Numbered from the stretch's first letter, positions 29,718-41,410 are shown. The stretch is 58,284 bases of DNA from Candidatus Enterousia sp. (GCA_045530935.1 JAZSDC010000031.1:1-58284); one strand, 5' to 3'. The notes: generated by a model not told the origin, from the letters alone. Numbers and translations are program-made.

Positions 29718-30719
29718 ATGAAAATAGATATTGTTTATCTTTGGGTCGACAGCAACGACAATAAATGGCGCACAGAAAAAAACAAATGGCAAAAACGCCT
29801 GAACAAACGTAACAACATTTCTTCAGAATCAACATGCAAGGCCAGATGGCGCGACAACAATGAATTACTGTATTCGCTGCGCAGCGTTGATAAATTCGCA
29901 CCATGGGTCAATCACATATTTATTGTAACAGGATTTAATCATATTCCAAAATGGCTGAATACAAAACACAACAAAATTAGTATAATACCCCACGAACAAA
30001 TAATGCCACCGCGGGCATTACCAACATTTAATTCTAATTCCATTGAAATGTGTATTCCAAACATTCCAGGTCTGTCCGAGCACTTTTTACTGATGAATGA
30101 CGACATGTTTTTTAACAAACAGCTTTCACCATCTTACTTTTACGACACCAGAGGTCGCGCAAAGATAATGTACAGCACACATCACGGACGCAGCAAAAAC
30201 ATCCAAACATGGAAATCACGCGTTAACCAATACAGCCAGACACTAATCATATCTGCCCAACAAATAAAAAATATTTTTGGCAACGACGTATATAAATATC
30301 GCCCTGCCCATGGGATAGACCCATATATAAAATCATCATGGCAAGAATGTGCAAGCAACCCGACAATATCAAAATTAATATCTTCACAAATCACAAACAA
30401 ATTTCGTACAAACAATGAATTACAACGCTGGATTTTTAATCTGTACGACTTGATAACCAATCGTGCAATATTCATTCACAGTCGCGCAAAGAAATACCCA
30501 TGCAACAAGATTAAGAATATTATTTACAATACAATATTTACAAAACAAATAAAACAATCGCCCATTGTTTGCACAGATACCACCATTGCCCAATCCGCCT
30601 TGTCCAATGCCCCGATATTCTGTATAAACGATTCGCCAGACAACACCAACAAAATATTACGCAATAATGCAAATTATATGCAAAACAGATTTCCAGACAA
30701 ATCATCATTTGAAATCTAA
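29718..30719 (+). CDS. Stealth-family hexose-1-phosphoryl transferase
   Basis: IDIVYLWVD, ELLYSLRSVDKFAPW, PTFNSNSIE, MNDDMFF, FCIND. Confidence 0.92.
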   Translation: MKIDIVYLWVDSNDNKWRTEKNKWQKRLNKRNNISSESTCKARWRDNNELLYSLRSVDKFAPWVNHIFIVTGFNHIPKWLNTKHNKISIIPHEQIMPPRALPTFNSNSIEMCIPNIPGLSEHFLLMNDDMFFNKQLSPSYFYDTRGRAKIMYSTHHGRSKNIQTWKSRVNQYSQTLIISAQQIKNIFGNDVYKYRPAHGIDPYIKSSWQECASNPTISKLISSQITNKFRTNNELQRWIFNLYDLITNRAIFIHSRAKKYPCNKIKNIIYNTIFTKQIKQSPIVCTDTTIAQSALSNAPIFCINDSPDNTNKILRNNANYMQNRFPDKSSFEI

Positions 30720-30747
30720 AGCAAAGCAAGCAATCTTGCCCACTTAT

Positions 30748-31776
30748 TTATGCACACTTACATGATTTTATAAAACAGCATATTTCACTGCGCAATCTCT
30801 TGGTCCATTTATTTGGCGGACAATCCAGCGCACCAATTCTTTCCAAATCCTGAAATAATTCACGCGCACGCGCCAAATCATCTTCTGATTCAATATACTT
30901 CACCTTGCGAAAAGCCCACTTAACAAAATACCACTTAAAATTCTTGGACCACTTTTCCAATTGATATTCAGACGCCATTTCCTGATATTTCAAGAACGCA
31001 GTTTTAATTCCTATTACCAGTGAATTCATAATTTTCAACTGTTTTGCCCCCAATACAATCCCGCCAAAATTCGGTATATAGAAATATAATGGCAACGGCA
31101 CAATTGTCACACGCGGATTACGCAACATAACCTCGCTCCACCATGGGAAATCTTCGAACAAAATACCTTTGATGAACGAGACATCTGCAATCAATTCGCG
31201 CCGATACATATTTTTCCAAACCTGGCAATGTTTAATTAACCACTTTTTCTTTTTTCCTGGGACATTATGCGTACGTTCTGTCGCATATTCATACACATCA
31301 TCTGTAACCAAGCTGGGAATTTTATCTAATTTATATTTTTTTCGAATTCGCGTGGGCACAACATTATCTGTATCCAGTTTCAAAATATGACGCACCATTA
31401 ACTGTGGTCTATAAATTCTGTCGTATGTAAAGGATACAATATCCGACTTATCACGCTGTGCCATATAATATGCAATTTCCATTGTTTGCGGATGGATAAA
31501 GTCATCACTGTCCAGATACATAATATAATCACCTGTTGCATATGGCATACCTGCATTACGGGCATCTGACAATCCACCGTTTTCTTTTGTAACAATAACA
31601 AATCGCGAATCGCGTGCGGCGTATTCTGTCAGAATTTGTGCACTGTTATCTGGGCTGCCATCATTTACACATATGGCCTGCCAATCTGCAAAAGTTTGAT
31701 TTAGAACACTATCTAAACACCTGCGCAAATACTTTTCAACATTATATACTGGGATAATTATTGATATCGCCGGCAT
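30748..31776 (-). CDS. Glycosyltransferase family 2
   Basis: SIIIPVYNVEKYLRRCLDS, VNDGSPD, GLSDARN, LDSDD, FED. Confidence 0.93.
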   Translation of the reverse strand: MPAISIIIPVYNVEKYLRRCLDSVLNQTFADWQAICVNDGSPDNSAQILTEYAARDSRFVIVTKENGGLSDARNAGMPYATGDYIMYLDSDDFIHPQTMEIAYYMAQRDKSDIVSFTYDRIYRPQLMVRHILKLDTDNVVPTRIRKKYKLDKIPSLVTDDVYEYATERTHNVPGKKKKWLIKHCQVWKNMYRRELIADVSFIKGILFEDFPWWSEVMLRNPRVTIVPLPLYFYIPNFGGIVLGAKQLKIMNSLVIGIKTAFLKYQEMASEYQLEKWSKNFKWYFVKWAFRKVKYIESEDDLARARELFQDLERIGALDCPPNKWTKRLRSEICCFIKSCKCA

Positions 31777-31796
31777 GTAATCCCCCTTGATTTAAA

Positions 31797-32693
31797 TTAC
31801 ATCTTTATCATTTCATCTGCATAAGACCCAGGAACAGGATTTTTTGCCTGCTGATAAGTCGTTTTTTGAAAGAACGCCCCTGCAGTTACCTTATCAAATT
31901 CTTTTTTATTAAAAGGCTTGTTGTGATATTTCCACCATAATGCATGTGTTGGATCTTGATCAACATGTGGCATTTTTTCAAAATATTTTTTTGCACGCGC
32001 ATCATTTTCAACCAACGTCTTAAATAACAATTGGTGCATAAAATAGTCAAAATTTGAATTTTCATTCATCCAATAATCTAAAATCATTGCCCGCCACGCA
32101 TCCAATAAATACGCCCCTTTGCGCGAACGTATGAAACAATTTTGCATAAAGCTATACGGACTGCCCACTTTGCTGCCTGCCATATAAACAAAGAAATCTT
32201 CTTTTTCTATCCACTTGGGAATTTCTGCTGTTGCAAACCCTGTTGAATCCAGCCAATATCCCCCATGATTGTATAACAACTCAACACGACAAATATCAGC
32301 AAAATGCGCATGTGCAATTTTTCCTGCTTTATATTTATCGATGATAACCTGGGGCAAAGAAATATAATCAAATACAGTATTTATATCCAATACAATCAAT
32401 TCTTGTTTACAGTGCTTGCGAATATTTCTAAAACATGCCTGAACCAACGGTGGGGCTTTATCCTCGCCCTGCAGCCACAAAGAAAAAATCTTGTCATTTT
32501 CATCATTATTTTCGACTTTACGCTCTTTAATTGCCGCGGCAGCCGGCAAATATCGTTTAAAATACTGTGGAATAACTTTTGATATAACATCACTTCTTAC
32601 CGCGCGTCTATGCTCTCTTGTGCGCCATGGCCAATTCAGAATATGTCCATAAACCACAATTTTCATCAAAGCAATAAATCTTGAAAAACTCAT
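31797..32693 (-). CDS. Capsular polysaccharide synthesis protein (GT32-related)
   Basis: LWLQGEDKAPPLVQAC, HFADICRVELLYNHGGYWLDST, DYF. Confidence 0.87.
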   Translation of the reverse strand: MSFSRFIALMKIVVYGHILNWPWRTREHRRAVRSDVISKVIPQYFKRYLPAAAAIKERKVENNDENDKIFSLWLQGEDKAPPLVQACFRNIRKHCKQELIVLDINTVFDYISLPQVIIDKYKAGKIAHAHFADICRVELLYNHGGYWLDSTGFATAEIPKWIEKEDFFVYMAGSKVGSPYSFMQNCFIRSRKGAYLLDAWRAMILDYWMNENSNFDYFMHQLLFKTLVENDARAKKYFEKMPHVDQDPTHALWWKYHNKPFNKKEFDKVTAGAFFQKTTYQQAKNPVPGSYADEMIKM

Positions 32694-32758
32694 TCCACAC
32701 CCCTTTATTCATCCACAAAAACAAACGCCCCCAGTTTATGAAGCAACTGGGGTGTTTT

Positions 32759-33841
32759 TTATTCTTCTGTTTCTGACAACACATCGTCTTCATCATCGAT
32801 TGGACCTGTTGTCATTTCCTCAGCGATACCCGATGCACGCGCCATAATTTTATCCAACAATTCTTGCTGTACATCCGGTCTATCTTTTAGCCATTGTCGT
32901 GCATTGGCCTCGCCCTGTCCCATACGTTCACTATTATACGAATAGAAACTGCCTGCCTTTTCAATAAAATCATATTTAACACCCATATCCAAGATTTCAC
33001 TTATACGCGATATACCTTCGCCATACATAATTTTGAAGTCGACTGTACGGAATGGCGGCGCGACCTTATTTTTAACAACCTTTACACGTGTTTCATTTCC
33101 AATAATATTTTCTTTATCCTTAATCTGCCCTGTACGACGAATATCCAGGCGTACAGACGCATAGAACTTTAACGCATTCCCACCAGAAGTCGTTTCTGGA
33201 TTACCAAACATAACCCCAATTTTCATACGAATTTGATTAATAAATATTAACAAAGTATTACTGCGCGAAACAGACCCTGCCAATTTTTTCAAGCTCTGAC
33301 TCATCAATCGGGCAGTTGTACCAACGAACGAATCGCCAATATTACCTTCTAATTCTGCTTTTGGCACCAGGGCCGCCACAGAATCGATAACCACAACATC
33401 AACAGCCCCTGATTTAATCAAAGTATCTGCAATTTCCAACGCCTGTTCACCAGAATCCGGCTGCGAAATAATTAAATTAGAAACATCCACACCCAATTTT
33501 TTTGCATAGCTGGGGTCCAACGCATTTTCTGCATCAATATATGCACACGTACCACCTTTTTTCTGCGATTCTGCCACTGCATGCAAGGCCAGTGTTGTTT
33601 TTCCAGAAGATTCTGGCCCATATATTTCAACGATACGTCCCTTTGGGTATCCACCAATTCCCAGTGCAATATCCAATCCCAACGACCCAGAAGAGATTGC
33701 CTCTATATTCTGCTGTGAACCATCCCCCATCTTCATAATAGCTTCTTTACCAAACTGTTTTTGAATTTGTGCCAACGCCGATTCCAACGCTGGATTTTTT
33801 GCAAACAGTCCACTATCCTTGCTAACTTCTTTTTTTGCCAT
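32759..33841 (-). CDS. recA: Recombinase RecA
   Basis: [39 protein letters not shown]. Confidence 0.99.
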   Translation of the reverse strand: MAKKEVSKDSGLFAKNPALESALAQIQKQFGKEAIMKMGDGSQQNIEAISSGSLGLDIALGIGGYPKGRIVEIYGPESSGKTTLALHAVAESQKKGGTCAYIDAENALDPSYAKKLGVDVSNLIISQPDSGEQALEIADTLIKSGAVDVVVIDSVAALVPKAELEGNIGDSFVGTTARLMSQSLKKLAGSVSRSNTLLIFINQIRMKIGVMFGNPETTSGGNALKFYASVRLDIRRTGQIKDKENIIGNETRVKVVKNKVAPPFRTVDFKIMYGEGISRISEILDMGVKYDFIEKAGSFYSYNSERMGQGEANARQWLKDRPDVQQELLDKIMARASGIAEEMTTGPIDDEDDVLSETEE

Positions 33842-33899
33842 AAAATTCCCCTTTGATTTTCAAAAAAATCATACAAGGTAAAACCTAAAAAATCAAGCT

Positions 33900-35084
33900 T
33901 CACTTTCTGCTAATCAACACACCAATACTCAACGCCCCGATGGTTGCTGTAACCGCCCAAACTGCGGCAGTTGTCCCATATATCGCAATCATTGCCGCGC
34001 CTAAAATTGGTGCCAGAACATTTGGTAAATTCGCACTTGTTCGAAAAACACCATAAAATCGTGTCTGTTGTGCTTTTTTTGTATTATCAAAGAACAACAA
34101 ATCATGTACAGATTCCATCAGCGCCCCTGAAATCTGCCATGCAACGAATATTGCCAACAATGGAATCCCTGTTACAACCGTCGCCAACGCAGACAAAATT
34201 GCAAAAGAACCAAACCCCAGAATCAACCACAAAGTCTTACCTGTACGTCGCACGACCCGTCCCATAAATTCACTTAACAACAAATAAGGCACAATCCCCA
34301 ATGTTAAAACCCAACCCAAAACATCTTTATCAAAGCCATTTTCGATTACCAATATTGGCACATACAAAACACGCATTGCCCGCAATGAATAATATCCGAA
34401 ATTAACTAAATACGCCCGCAACATTCCCGGCAATTTAAAAAATCCAATCGTATTTTTCCACAGTGCCTTGAATGTTTTACGCGGATTTACGGGTCTTATC
34501 TGTTTATCTTCTTGAACAATCCGAAAATATTTAAATAATATCCAACCCGCCAAATAAATTACCGCAGAACCAAAAAACGCCGCCCTATTTCCAAAATTAT
34601 TTGCAATCAAAACAGCAATTATTGGCGCAAACAAAGCCCCCACATTCATCCATAAATGATATCGTGAATTAAGACGCGCCATACCAATATTTTTTGAAAA
34701 ATCTGACATAAACAACGGTATCAACATCCCAACAAAAGTAATCGCAACACCTGTCGTATAATCCAATATAATAAAAGTACGTGGCAAAATAGAAAATCCC
34801 ATCATTGCGTAACATACTGCCAACATCAGCATAACGAAATAAAACACACGCACCTTGGAAAACAATCGAAATATTTCATTTGCGAACAATCCGACAAAGA
34901 AACAAAACACAGAATAAATCGCTACATACACACCAACAACCGCCGAAGATTTAAATATTTCCAGAATAACCAACGAATATACAGCATTATAAATACCATC
35001 CGCAAAACCTGTGAACAGCCCTAAATTTGCGAATGAAAAACCACTTACGCGATTACTGATTGAAATGTATTTATCCCCTGCCAT
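33900..35084 (-). CDS. MFS transporter
   Basis: About 12 hydrophobic segments in a 394-aa two-fold layout. Confidence 0.75.
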   Translation of the reverse strand: MAGDKYISISNRVSGFSFANLGLFTGFADGIYNAVYSLVILEIFKSSAVVGVYVAIYSVFCFFVGLFANEIFRLFSKVRVFYFVMLMLAVCYAMMGFSILPRTFIILDYTTGVAITFVGMLIPLFMSDFSKNIGMARLNSRYHLWMNVGALFAPIIAVLIANNFGNRAAFFGSAVIYLAGWILFKYFRIVQEDKQIRPVNPRKTFKALWKNTIGFFKLPGMLRAYLVNFGYYSLRAMRVLYVPILVIENGFDKDVLGWVLTLGIVPYLLLSEFMGRVVRRTGKTLWLILGFGSFAILSALATVVTGIPLLAIFVAWQISGALMESVHDLLFFDNTKKAQQTRFYGVFRTSANLPNVLAPILGAAMIAIYGTTAAVWAVTATIGALSIGVLISRK

Positions 35085-35132
35085 TGCAGGGTTTATTATA
35101 ACATAAAAAGCCCTTATTTACAAACCGCAATA

Positions 35133-35903
35133 TCACTTTACTTCCAACATCAAACCACAATGATCTGTTGGTTTTGCTGCCAACCTTGGTTCGATATCTA
35201 TTTCACAATTTTTTATCATTTTCGCCGCTGTTTTATTACACAAGAAATAATCCAGTCGCAACCCCTGCTTGTTTCCAACTGTATCACGTCCACGATACCC
35301 ATACCATGTATAATCAATTTCATCAGGGTGCAACATTCTCCATGCATCAACCCATCCTGCATTTAACCATTCATTCATAATTTCACGTGCTTCTGGCGCA
35401 GAAATAGCAATCCCCTCATAATTTTTTGGCTTCCAAATATCCCTATCTTCAATTGCCACATTAAAATCACCCGCAATAATAACAGGCTCTGGCGAATTCA
35501 AATATTGCGCGATATAATCTGTAAACGCCCTCATCCATTCCAGTTTATATGGAAACTTTGGCGATTCCACCGTATCACCATTTGGCATATACGTATTAAT
35601 CAAGCGCACACGCCCATCAACAACACATTCCAAGAATCGCGCATTAACATCCGCATAATTTGGCATCCCCATTACCACATCTTCAATCGAATATTTTGAA
35701 AACGTCGCAACCCCATTCCAAGACTTTTGACCAAACACCTTAACATTATATCCGAATTCATCAAACAACATATGCGGAAAATTAGCAGTCTCAACTTTCA
35801 ATTCCTGAACCAATATAGTGTCATATTCCCCTTTACGCAGGATTTCCAAGAAACTTTCCGCATGTGCACGAATCGAATTTATATTTATCGTTAATATTTT
35901 CAT
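35133..35903 (-). CDS. xth: Exodeoxyribonuclease III
   Basis: NINSIR, QELK, WNGVA, YMPNG, GDFN, GLRLDY, TDH. Confidence 0.93.
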   Translation of the reverse strand: MKILTININSIRAHAESFLEILRKGEYDTILVQELKVETANFPHMLFDEFGYNVKVFGQKSWNGVATFSKYSIEDVVMGMPNYADVNARFLECVVDGRVRLINTYMPNGDTVESPKFPYKLEWMRAFTDYIAQYLNSPEPVIIAGDFNVAIEDRDIWKPKNYEGIAISAPEAREIMNEWLNAGWVDAWRMLHPDEIDYTWYGYRGRDTVGNKQGLRLDYFLCNKTAAKMIKNCEIDIEPRLAAKPTDHCGLMLEVK

Positions 35904-35973
35904 GTTTGATTTCCTTTGATTCTTGATTATAATACCTGGTGTCCAATATAAAAACAACAAGGAATTTTATAAC

Positions 35974-37554
35974 ATGAACATGTATCAATTACTGGAACGC
36001 ACTGCGCAAACATATCCAGATAATTTATATCTGGTCCGCGAAGGGGTTGCATACAAAGATTTTATTAATCTGGTCAAAGCTCGCGCCACATCACTGGCTA
36101 AATCCGGCGTAAGCAAGGGTGATATTATTGGTATTTTATCACACAATATCCCTGAATTTCCAATAACATTATTTGCTATTTGGTATTTGGGTGGCACAGT
36201 ACTGTTACTGGATACAAACCTGACTCCATTTGAATATGACAATATGGCAGAAATCACAAATTGCAAAATTGTTTGTGCAGAAAAGTCTTTTGTTTACAAG
36301 ACAGACAAATTTAAATTTTACGACATCACAAAAAAAGACAGCAAACCCGACCCTGATATTAAACCTGCCGCGGTTGAATCTTTAGACATCGCAACAATGT
36401 CATTTACATCTGGTTCAACTGGCACACCAAAGGTTGTACCGCTAACACACTTTAATTTGGTTGAATGCGCAAACTCATTAGAAGACATGGCAGAATGGAT
36501 TCGTCCTGCAGACTTCTTGTATGGATTTTTGCCAATGTATCATGTGTTTGGATTTGCTGTTGAAATCCTGGCGACATTACATTTTGGCGCAGGCGTATTA
36601 TTACAACCAACAATTAATCCAAAAGAAATTATGGCAGACTTTAAAAAGTTCCGTCCACAAATTATCCCTGCGGTTCCACGTCTGTGGGAAGTATTCCGCA
36701 ACAAAATTATTGATAATATCAAGTCCCAAAAAAAATGGTGGCTGGTATCATTTATCTTAAAGTATGGTAAAACCCTAGAAAAAATTGGATTAGGCACCCT
36801 GGTTCGCAAGGTACAAAAACCAATCCTTGATGTATTTGGTGGACGCGCACGCCTATTAATCGCAGGTGGTGCCGCCACAAAACCAGAAGTCGAAACTTTC
36901 TACGAACGCCTTGGTCTGACATTTATCCAAGGATATGGTCTGACAGAAACGGTTGGTCCAATCTGTATTTCAAAACCAACAAAAAAACGCTTTCCATTTG
37001 CTTTTGGGGGACCAACATCAAACAATGAATGTGAAATTCGCGACAAAAATGAAGATGGCGTTGGTGTTTTATGGTTACGCGGCCACCAAATATTTGGCGG
37101 CTACCTAAACAACGACGCGGCCAACAAAGAAATCTTTGACGAACGCGGTTTCTTTAATACAGGCGACATGGTATCAATGGATAAAAACGGCGAACTGCAT
37201 TTCGCAGGCCGTAAAAAACAGGTTATTGTTTTGGACAGTGGCAAAAACGTATATCCAGACGAACTAGAAGGCATGTTTATAACAATACCTGGGGTTAAAA
37301 ACGTCGCTGTATTTGAACACAAGGTCAAAGGTAAAACCGTTACATACGGCGTGTTTAGCGTCGAAGAAGGCATGACAATGGAAAAATTGGGTGCAGAAAT
37401 CGCCGCTGCAAACAAAAAAGTTGCCAGCTATAAATGGGTTACCCATTATGCAATGACAACCGAAGATTTACCATTAACCAGCACACAGAAAGTAAAACAT
37501 CACGTTGTGCGCAAAAACTTAATTGATGGTAAATATCCAGATCGTCACGAATAA
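35974..37554 (+). CDS. Long-chain acyl-CoA synthetase (AMP-binding enzyme)
   Basis: TSGSTGTPK, GYGLTE, TGD, GRKK...SGKNVYP; AAGGA SD before ATG 35974. Confidence 0.9.
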   Translation: MNMYQLLERTAQTYPDNLYLVREGVAYKDFINLVKARATSLAKSGVSKGDIIGILSHNIPEFPITLFAIWYLGGTVLLLDTNLTPFEYDNMAEITNCKIVCAEKSFVYKTDKFKFYDITKKDSKPDPDIKPAAVESLDIATMSFTSGSTGTPKVVPLTHFNLVECANSLEDMAEWIRPADFLYGFLPMYHVFGFAVEILATLHFGAGVLLQPTINPKEIMADFKKFRPQIIPAVPRLWEVFRNKIIDNIKSQKKWWLVSFILKYGKTLEKIGLGTLVRKVQKPILDVFGGRARLLIAGGAATKPEVETFYERLGLTFIQGYGLTETVGPICISKPTKKRFPFAFGGPTSNNECEIRDKNEDGVGVLWLRGHQIFGGYLNNDAANKEIFDERGFFNTGDMVSMDKNGELHFAGRKKQVIVLDSGKNVYPDELEGMFITIPGVKNVAVFEHKVKGKTVTYGVFSVEEGMTMEKLGAEIAAANKKVASYKWVTHYAMTTEDLPLTSTQKVKHHVVRKNLIDGKYPDRHE

Positions 37555-37555
37555 T

Positions 37556-37579
37556 AAATGCCCCACATGGGGCATTTTT
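37556..37579. terminator. Bidirectional terminator
   Basis: aaatgcccca-ca-tggggcattttt between convergent genes. Confidence 0.75.
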
Positions 37580-40076
37580 AATCTTTTATTCGCGCCAAAT
37601 CGTCATATATTTTGTATTTTTGATCATTTGTTTCATGATACTCATACCCTGCCCCACCTGCAGAATAAATATTAAACAACTCTGTAACTTTATCCACAGC
37701 TGCTTGAATCATTTGCATTGTTGTATCCGCATCATATTCAATTACACGCGCATCATTATTACGCAATTGCAAGAAACGCATAATCGGCGTACGCGAACGT
37801 TCAGACATACGAATCGGGAAACCGCCAGACTGTAACATATATGCCTCCAGTGGTAATTGTGGCATATTCCCCTGTACTAATTGTGACTTCGCAGGCGCAG
37901 CACCTGTCTTGACATCCAAAACACCACCATCCCAAATACGATCTGCACGGGCGCGCACATTACGCCCTGCAATCTTCACTGACCCACCTATTTCTGCATA
38001 CGCATCTGATACAGACGATAATTCTTTGGCGATAACTGGTGCAATTTCAACAAATCTTTTATGCCAAAAATGAAACAGCACACTGCCCCGCCCCAACTTT
38101 TCTAATGCACGTGCATCCATCTGTTGCACCAACAATTCAGGATTCATATCTGTTGCTTGTTCTATAACCTCATGAACTAAATTTCCAAAATCACGCGGTC
38201 CTACACCAACCCAATAATCATCCAAAACCCGCAATTTTAAAATATGTCGCACATAAAAAGCATACGGATTATGAATCAACAATTCTAATTCTGTAACATA
38301 GACATCACTCCAATCATTTTTTGGGGTTGGCACAGAATAATCCAAACTTTTATACGCGACATTATCTTGCGCCAAAACAGCGTTTAATATTTCTGTATCA
38401 CGCCCAATTTTTGCACCACGCGCAATCACACGTGATAAAAATCGTGATTCTGTTGTCTGAACACCCCCAGATTGTACCGCACGCAACCAATAAACAGATT
38501 TACCACACGACAAATTCATAAAATCCAAAGACTGCAACGACACCTTGCGATTCGGCGACGGCAATCCTATTTTATCCGCAACACTTCGTGGCAACCAGGC
38601 ATTTTCGTATCCACGCGCAGGGAACATCCCATCATTTAATCCTGTTAATATGACAACATCTGCTGTTTGCATACGCGATTCGATTGTTCCCAACACAACC
38701 ACATCCGCATCTTCATTCATTGGTGCACGCACAGATACGCCCGACATAACATCTGCGATAACCGCGCGCGCTTCGCCTAATGTCAAACGAACACCTGCGA
38801 CATTCAACGCATCCGACATCTGCTTTAACGCAATCCAAATTTGAACAGACACAGCATCATCCAACACAAACTGCGGTGTAAAGACAGACATATTATCGGA
38901 AATAATCTTAGCCATTGTATTAAACAAATCACCATTCATTTCCTGATAAATTGAATCAAACGCATTTGCCCCTACTTCTATCCAAGAATCCAAAAAGTTT
39001 AAAATCGCGCGTCCTGGCGCCGTCATCATTCCAGACACCCCACCTGAAAAATCTGCAACGATATTACGTGCCGCCAATGCCGTAGCTATACGTTGATTTC
39101 CTGCTGCGTCTGGTGTAATAACCAACACAGACTTTTCTTGCGCTATTGCACGCTGTGCGATTTCTGCAACAACATCCGCTTCAAGCGATTCGCGCGAAAC
39201 TTCTATCAGGTTACAATGTGACAAATCTTTGTTTACATTACAAGACGCGCACTGATTTCCGAATGCATAATTAAAAAAATCAATCGCACTGCCTCCTACA
39301 TCAATTGGTATAACATCTGTTGGTTTTAATCCCAACCTGGACAAAAATTTATATTCTGAATTGTACGGATTTGTATCTAATTCAAAATCGACAACACGCC
39401 CCGATATTTTTCCAGACAAAATAATTCTGCCATGGGGCAACCTGGCTATTTCTTCCATTAAATCTGCTGTTGCGGGCACACTAGCAGTTGACGCACACAC
39501 AATAACCAGCTTAAAATCCCCCAACGCATTGCGCCATGCACGAATATCGCGATTTTGTGCAGCAGTCGCAGTAATACGCCCTGCAGCATATTGTGGCATA
39601 AAATCAGATAATATCCCCAGTATTTTTGCCTTTGACTGAAAATGATTTGCATATTTATCATCAACTAATTCACCCCAATTTATATTAGTTGTATCCACAC
39701 CTTCATTTTCCAAATAATCTTGCATACGCACTAAATCATGGGCAATTGGCAATGCAGTTATTAAATTTCCAACATTAGCATCAGCTGCCAACAAACGCGC
39801 CAGAACAACAACACGTTCTGTATTTGAAATAATATCTGGAGCTTCTGCTTCTTCGACATCATCTGCCACTTCCCCCAGCGCAACCAACCTGGGCAATATC
39901 GCCGCGCCCCCCGACTTATCCACAATCATTTTTTCAACTGTTCTAACGGCGCGTCTACTAGGCAAAAATATCAACATATCCGCCACATCGACACCAGAGT
40001 TCTGCATTACATACCATAATGCATCTGACATATGCGCAGGATTTGTTGCACAAAAAATATTTTTATTTAATTCCAA
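37578..40076 (-). CDS. addB: AddB-like double-strand break repair protein (PD-(D/E)xK nuclease)
   Basis: FLPSRRA, VITPD, LGTIESR, LTGLNDG, ESRF, VTELE...NPYAFY, ARADRI..LDVKTG, QLPLEA. Confidence 0.85.
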   Translation of the reverse strand: MELNKNIFCATNPAHMSDALWYVMQNSGVDVADMLIFLPSRRAVRTVEKMIVDKSGGAAILPRLVALGEVADDVEEAEAPDIISNTERVVVLARLLAADANVGNLITALPIAHDLVRMQDYLENEGVDTTNINWGELVDDKYANHFQSKAKILGILSDFMPQYAAGRITATAAQNRDIRAWRNALGDFKLVIVCASTASVPATADLMEEIARLPHGRIILSGKISGRVVDFELDTNPYNSEYKFLSRLGLKPTDVIPIDVGGSAIDFFNYAFGNQCASCNVNKDLSHCNLIEVSRESLEADVVAEIAQRAIAQEKSVLVITPDAAGNQRIATALAARNIVADFSGGVSGMMTAPGRAILNFLDSWIEVGANAFDSIYQEMNGDLFNTMAKIISDNMSVFTPQFVLDDAVSVQIWIALKQMSDALNVAGVRLTLGEARAVIADVMSGVSVRAPMNEDADVVVLGTIESRMQTADVVILTGLNDGMFPARGYENAWLPRSVADKIGLPSPNRKVSLQSLDFMNLSCGKSVYWLRAVQSGGVQTTESRFLSRVIARGAKIGRDTEILNAVLAQDNVAYKSLDYSVPTPKNDWSDVYVTELELLIHNPYAFYVRHILKLRVLDDYWVGVGPRDFGNLVHEVIEQATDMNPELLVQQMDARALEKLGRGSVLFHFWHKRFVEIAPVIAKELSSVSDAYAEIGGSVKIAGRNVRARADRIWDGGVLDVKTGAAPAKSQLVQGNMPQLPLEAYMLQSGGFPIRMSERSRTPIMRFLQLRNNDARVIEYDADTTMQMIQAAVDKVTELFNIYSAGGAGYEYHETNDQKYKIYDDLARIKD

Positions 40077-40617
40077 GCGTTTCCTTTATAGAATCCAGCC
40101 CTGTTTTCTTTTCTGCTGATGTTTGTAAAATATCGGGCAACATCGCCCCATGATCTGTATGCAAAATTTCAAGTTGCTTTAATTCACGTACTTTTTTATC
40201 TTTTTTCGTATAAACAATCTGATATGGAATTGCATTAGCATCACAAAAATCCATCAAATCTAAATCTGCATCCTTGGCACCGATTCTTGAATCTATTAAA
40301 ATAAACAAACGTTTTAATTGCACACGTGTTACCAAATATTCTTCCAATCGTTTCAGCCATCGCATTGCGTCCACCTTGGACACGCGCGCATAGCCATAGC
40401 CTGGCAAATCAACAATCATAACCCGGTCATCCAGATTAAATAAATTCAAACTTTGTGTGCGTCCTGGTGTATTTGATGTACGCGCAATTGGCGCCCCAAC
40501 GACCGCATTAATCAGCGAAGATTTTCCCACATTACTGCGTCCAATAAATGCATATTCGGCAAAATGCGAATTTGGCAAAGATTTCACCGTTTCAAAACTG
40601 CCTACAAATTTAATCAT
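40063..40617 (-). CDS. engB: Ribosome biogenesis GTPase EngB/YihA
   Basis: GRSNVGKSSLIN, TPGRT, DLPGYG, TKKD, TSA. Confidence 0.95.
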   Translation of the reverse strand: MIKFVGSFETVKSLPNSHFAEYAFIGRSNVGKSSLINAVVGAPIARTSNTPGRTQSLNLFNLDDRVMIVDLPGYGYARVSKVDAMRWLKRLEEYLVTRVQLKRLFILIDSRIGAKDADLDLMDFCDANAIPYQIVYTKKDKKVRELKQLEILHTDHGAMLPDILQTSAEKKTGLDSIKETLGIK

Positions 40618-41410
40618 CCGCCCCACCCTTGTCCAACAATCGTTTATACGCTTCTTTTTTTGAAATACCTGTACGCTGTGCCAACTGTGCCGCCGCGCTT
40701 TTCATAGAAGTCGCAGCAATATCATTAACTATATCAGAAATCTCATCATCGCTCATTGGTTTTTCTGGTCGTGGCGCCACAACAATAACAATTTCTCCAC
40801 GCGGTGGTGTTATACCTAATAATTCAGCTGGATATCCAATTATTGTTTCTTCGTGAATTTTAGTTATTTCACGCACAATTGCGATTTGTCGTTCTGGCAT
40901 AACGCGCGCCATCACAGCAATTGTTGCCATAACCCGATTCGGACTTTCATAATAAATGATAGTATGCGGAATTTTATTATCATCGCGTAATTTTTTCTCG
41001 TCAAAAAAACCACAAAATGTAAATCTATCAGTTGGGAATCCAGACAGCACCAATGCCGAAATAGCCGCCACTGGTCCTGGCACAACAAAAACAGGCACAT
41101 TTGCCGCACGCGCTGCACGCACCAAACGAAATCCCGGGTCTGAAATTCCCGGCATACCCGCATCACTAACACATGCAATCGCCGCACCATTTTGAATTTT
41201 TTCAATTATACCAGACACAACATCACGTTCATTATGCTCATGACAAGATATACGCTTTGTCTTGATATCAAAATGTGCTGCCAACTTGCCAAACACACGT
41301 GTATCTTCTGCTGCAATTAAATCTACATTTTGCAAAATTTGTACTGCACGCGGTGACATATCAGACAAATTTCCAATCGGCGTACCAACAATATAAAGCC
41401 CTGTTTGCAT
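40610..41410 (-). CDS. rsmI: 16S rRNA C1402 2'-O-methyltransferase
   Basis: LYIVGTPIGNLSD, AEDTR, SDAGMPGISDPG, YESPNR, REITKIHEE. Confidence 0.95.
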   Translation of the reverse strand: MQTGLYIVGTPIGNLSDMSPRAVQILQNVDLIAAEDTRVFGKLAAHFDIKTKRISCHEHNERDVVSGIIEKIQNGAAIACVSDAGMPGISDPGFRLVRAARAANVPVFVVPGPVAAISALVLSGFPTDRFTFCGFFDEKKLRDDNKIPHTIIYYESPNRVMATIAVMARVMPERQIAIVREITKIHEETIIGYPAELLGITPPRGEIVIVVAPRPEKPMSDDEISDIVNDIAATSMKSAAAQLAQRTGISKKEAYKRLLDKGGADD

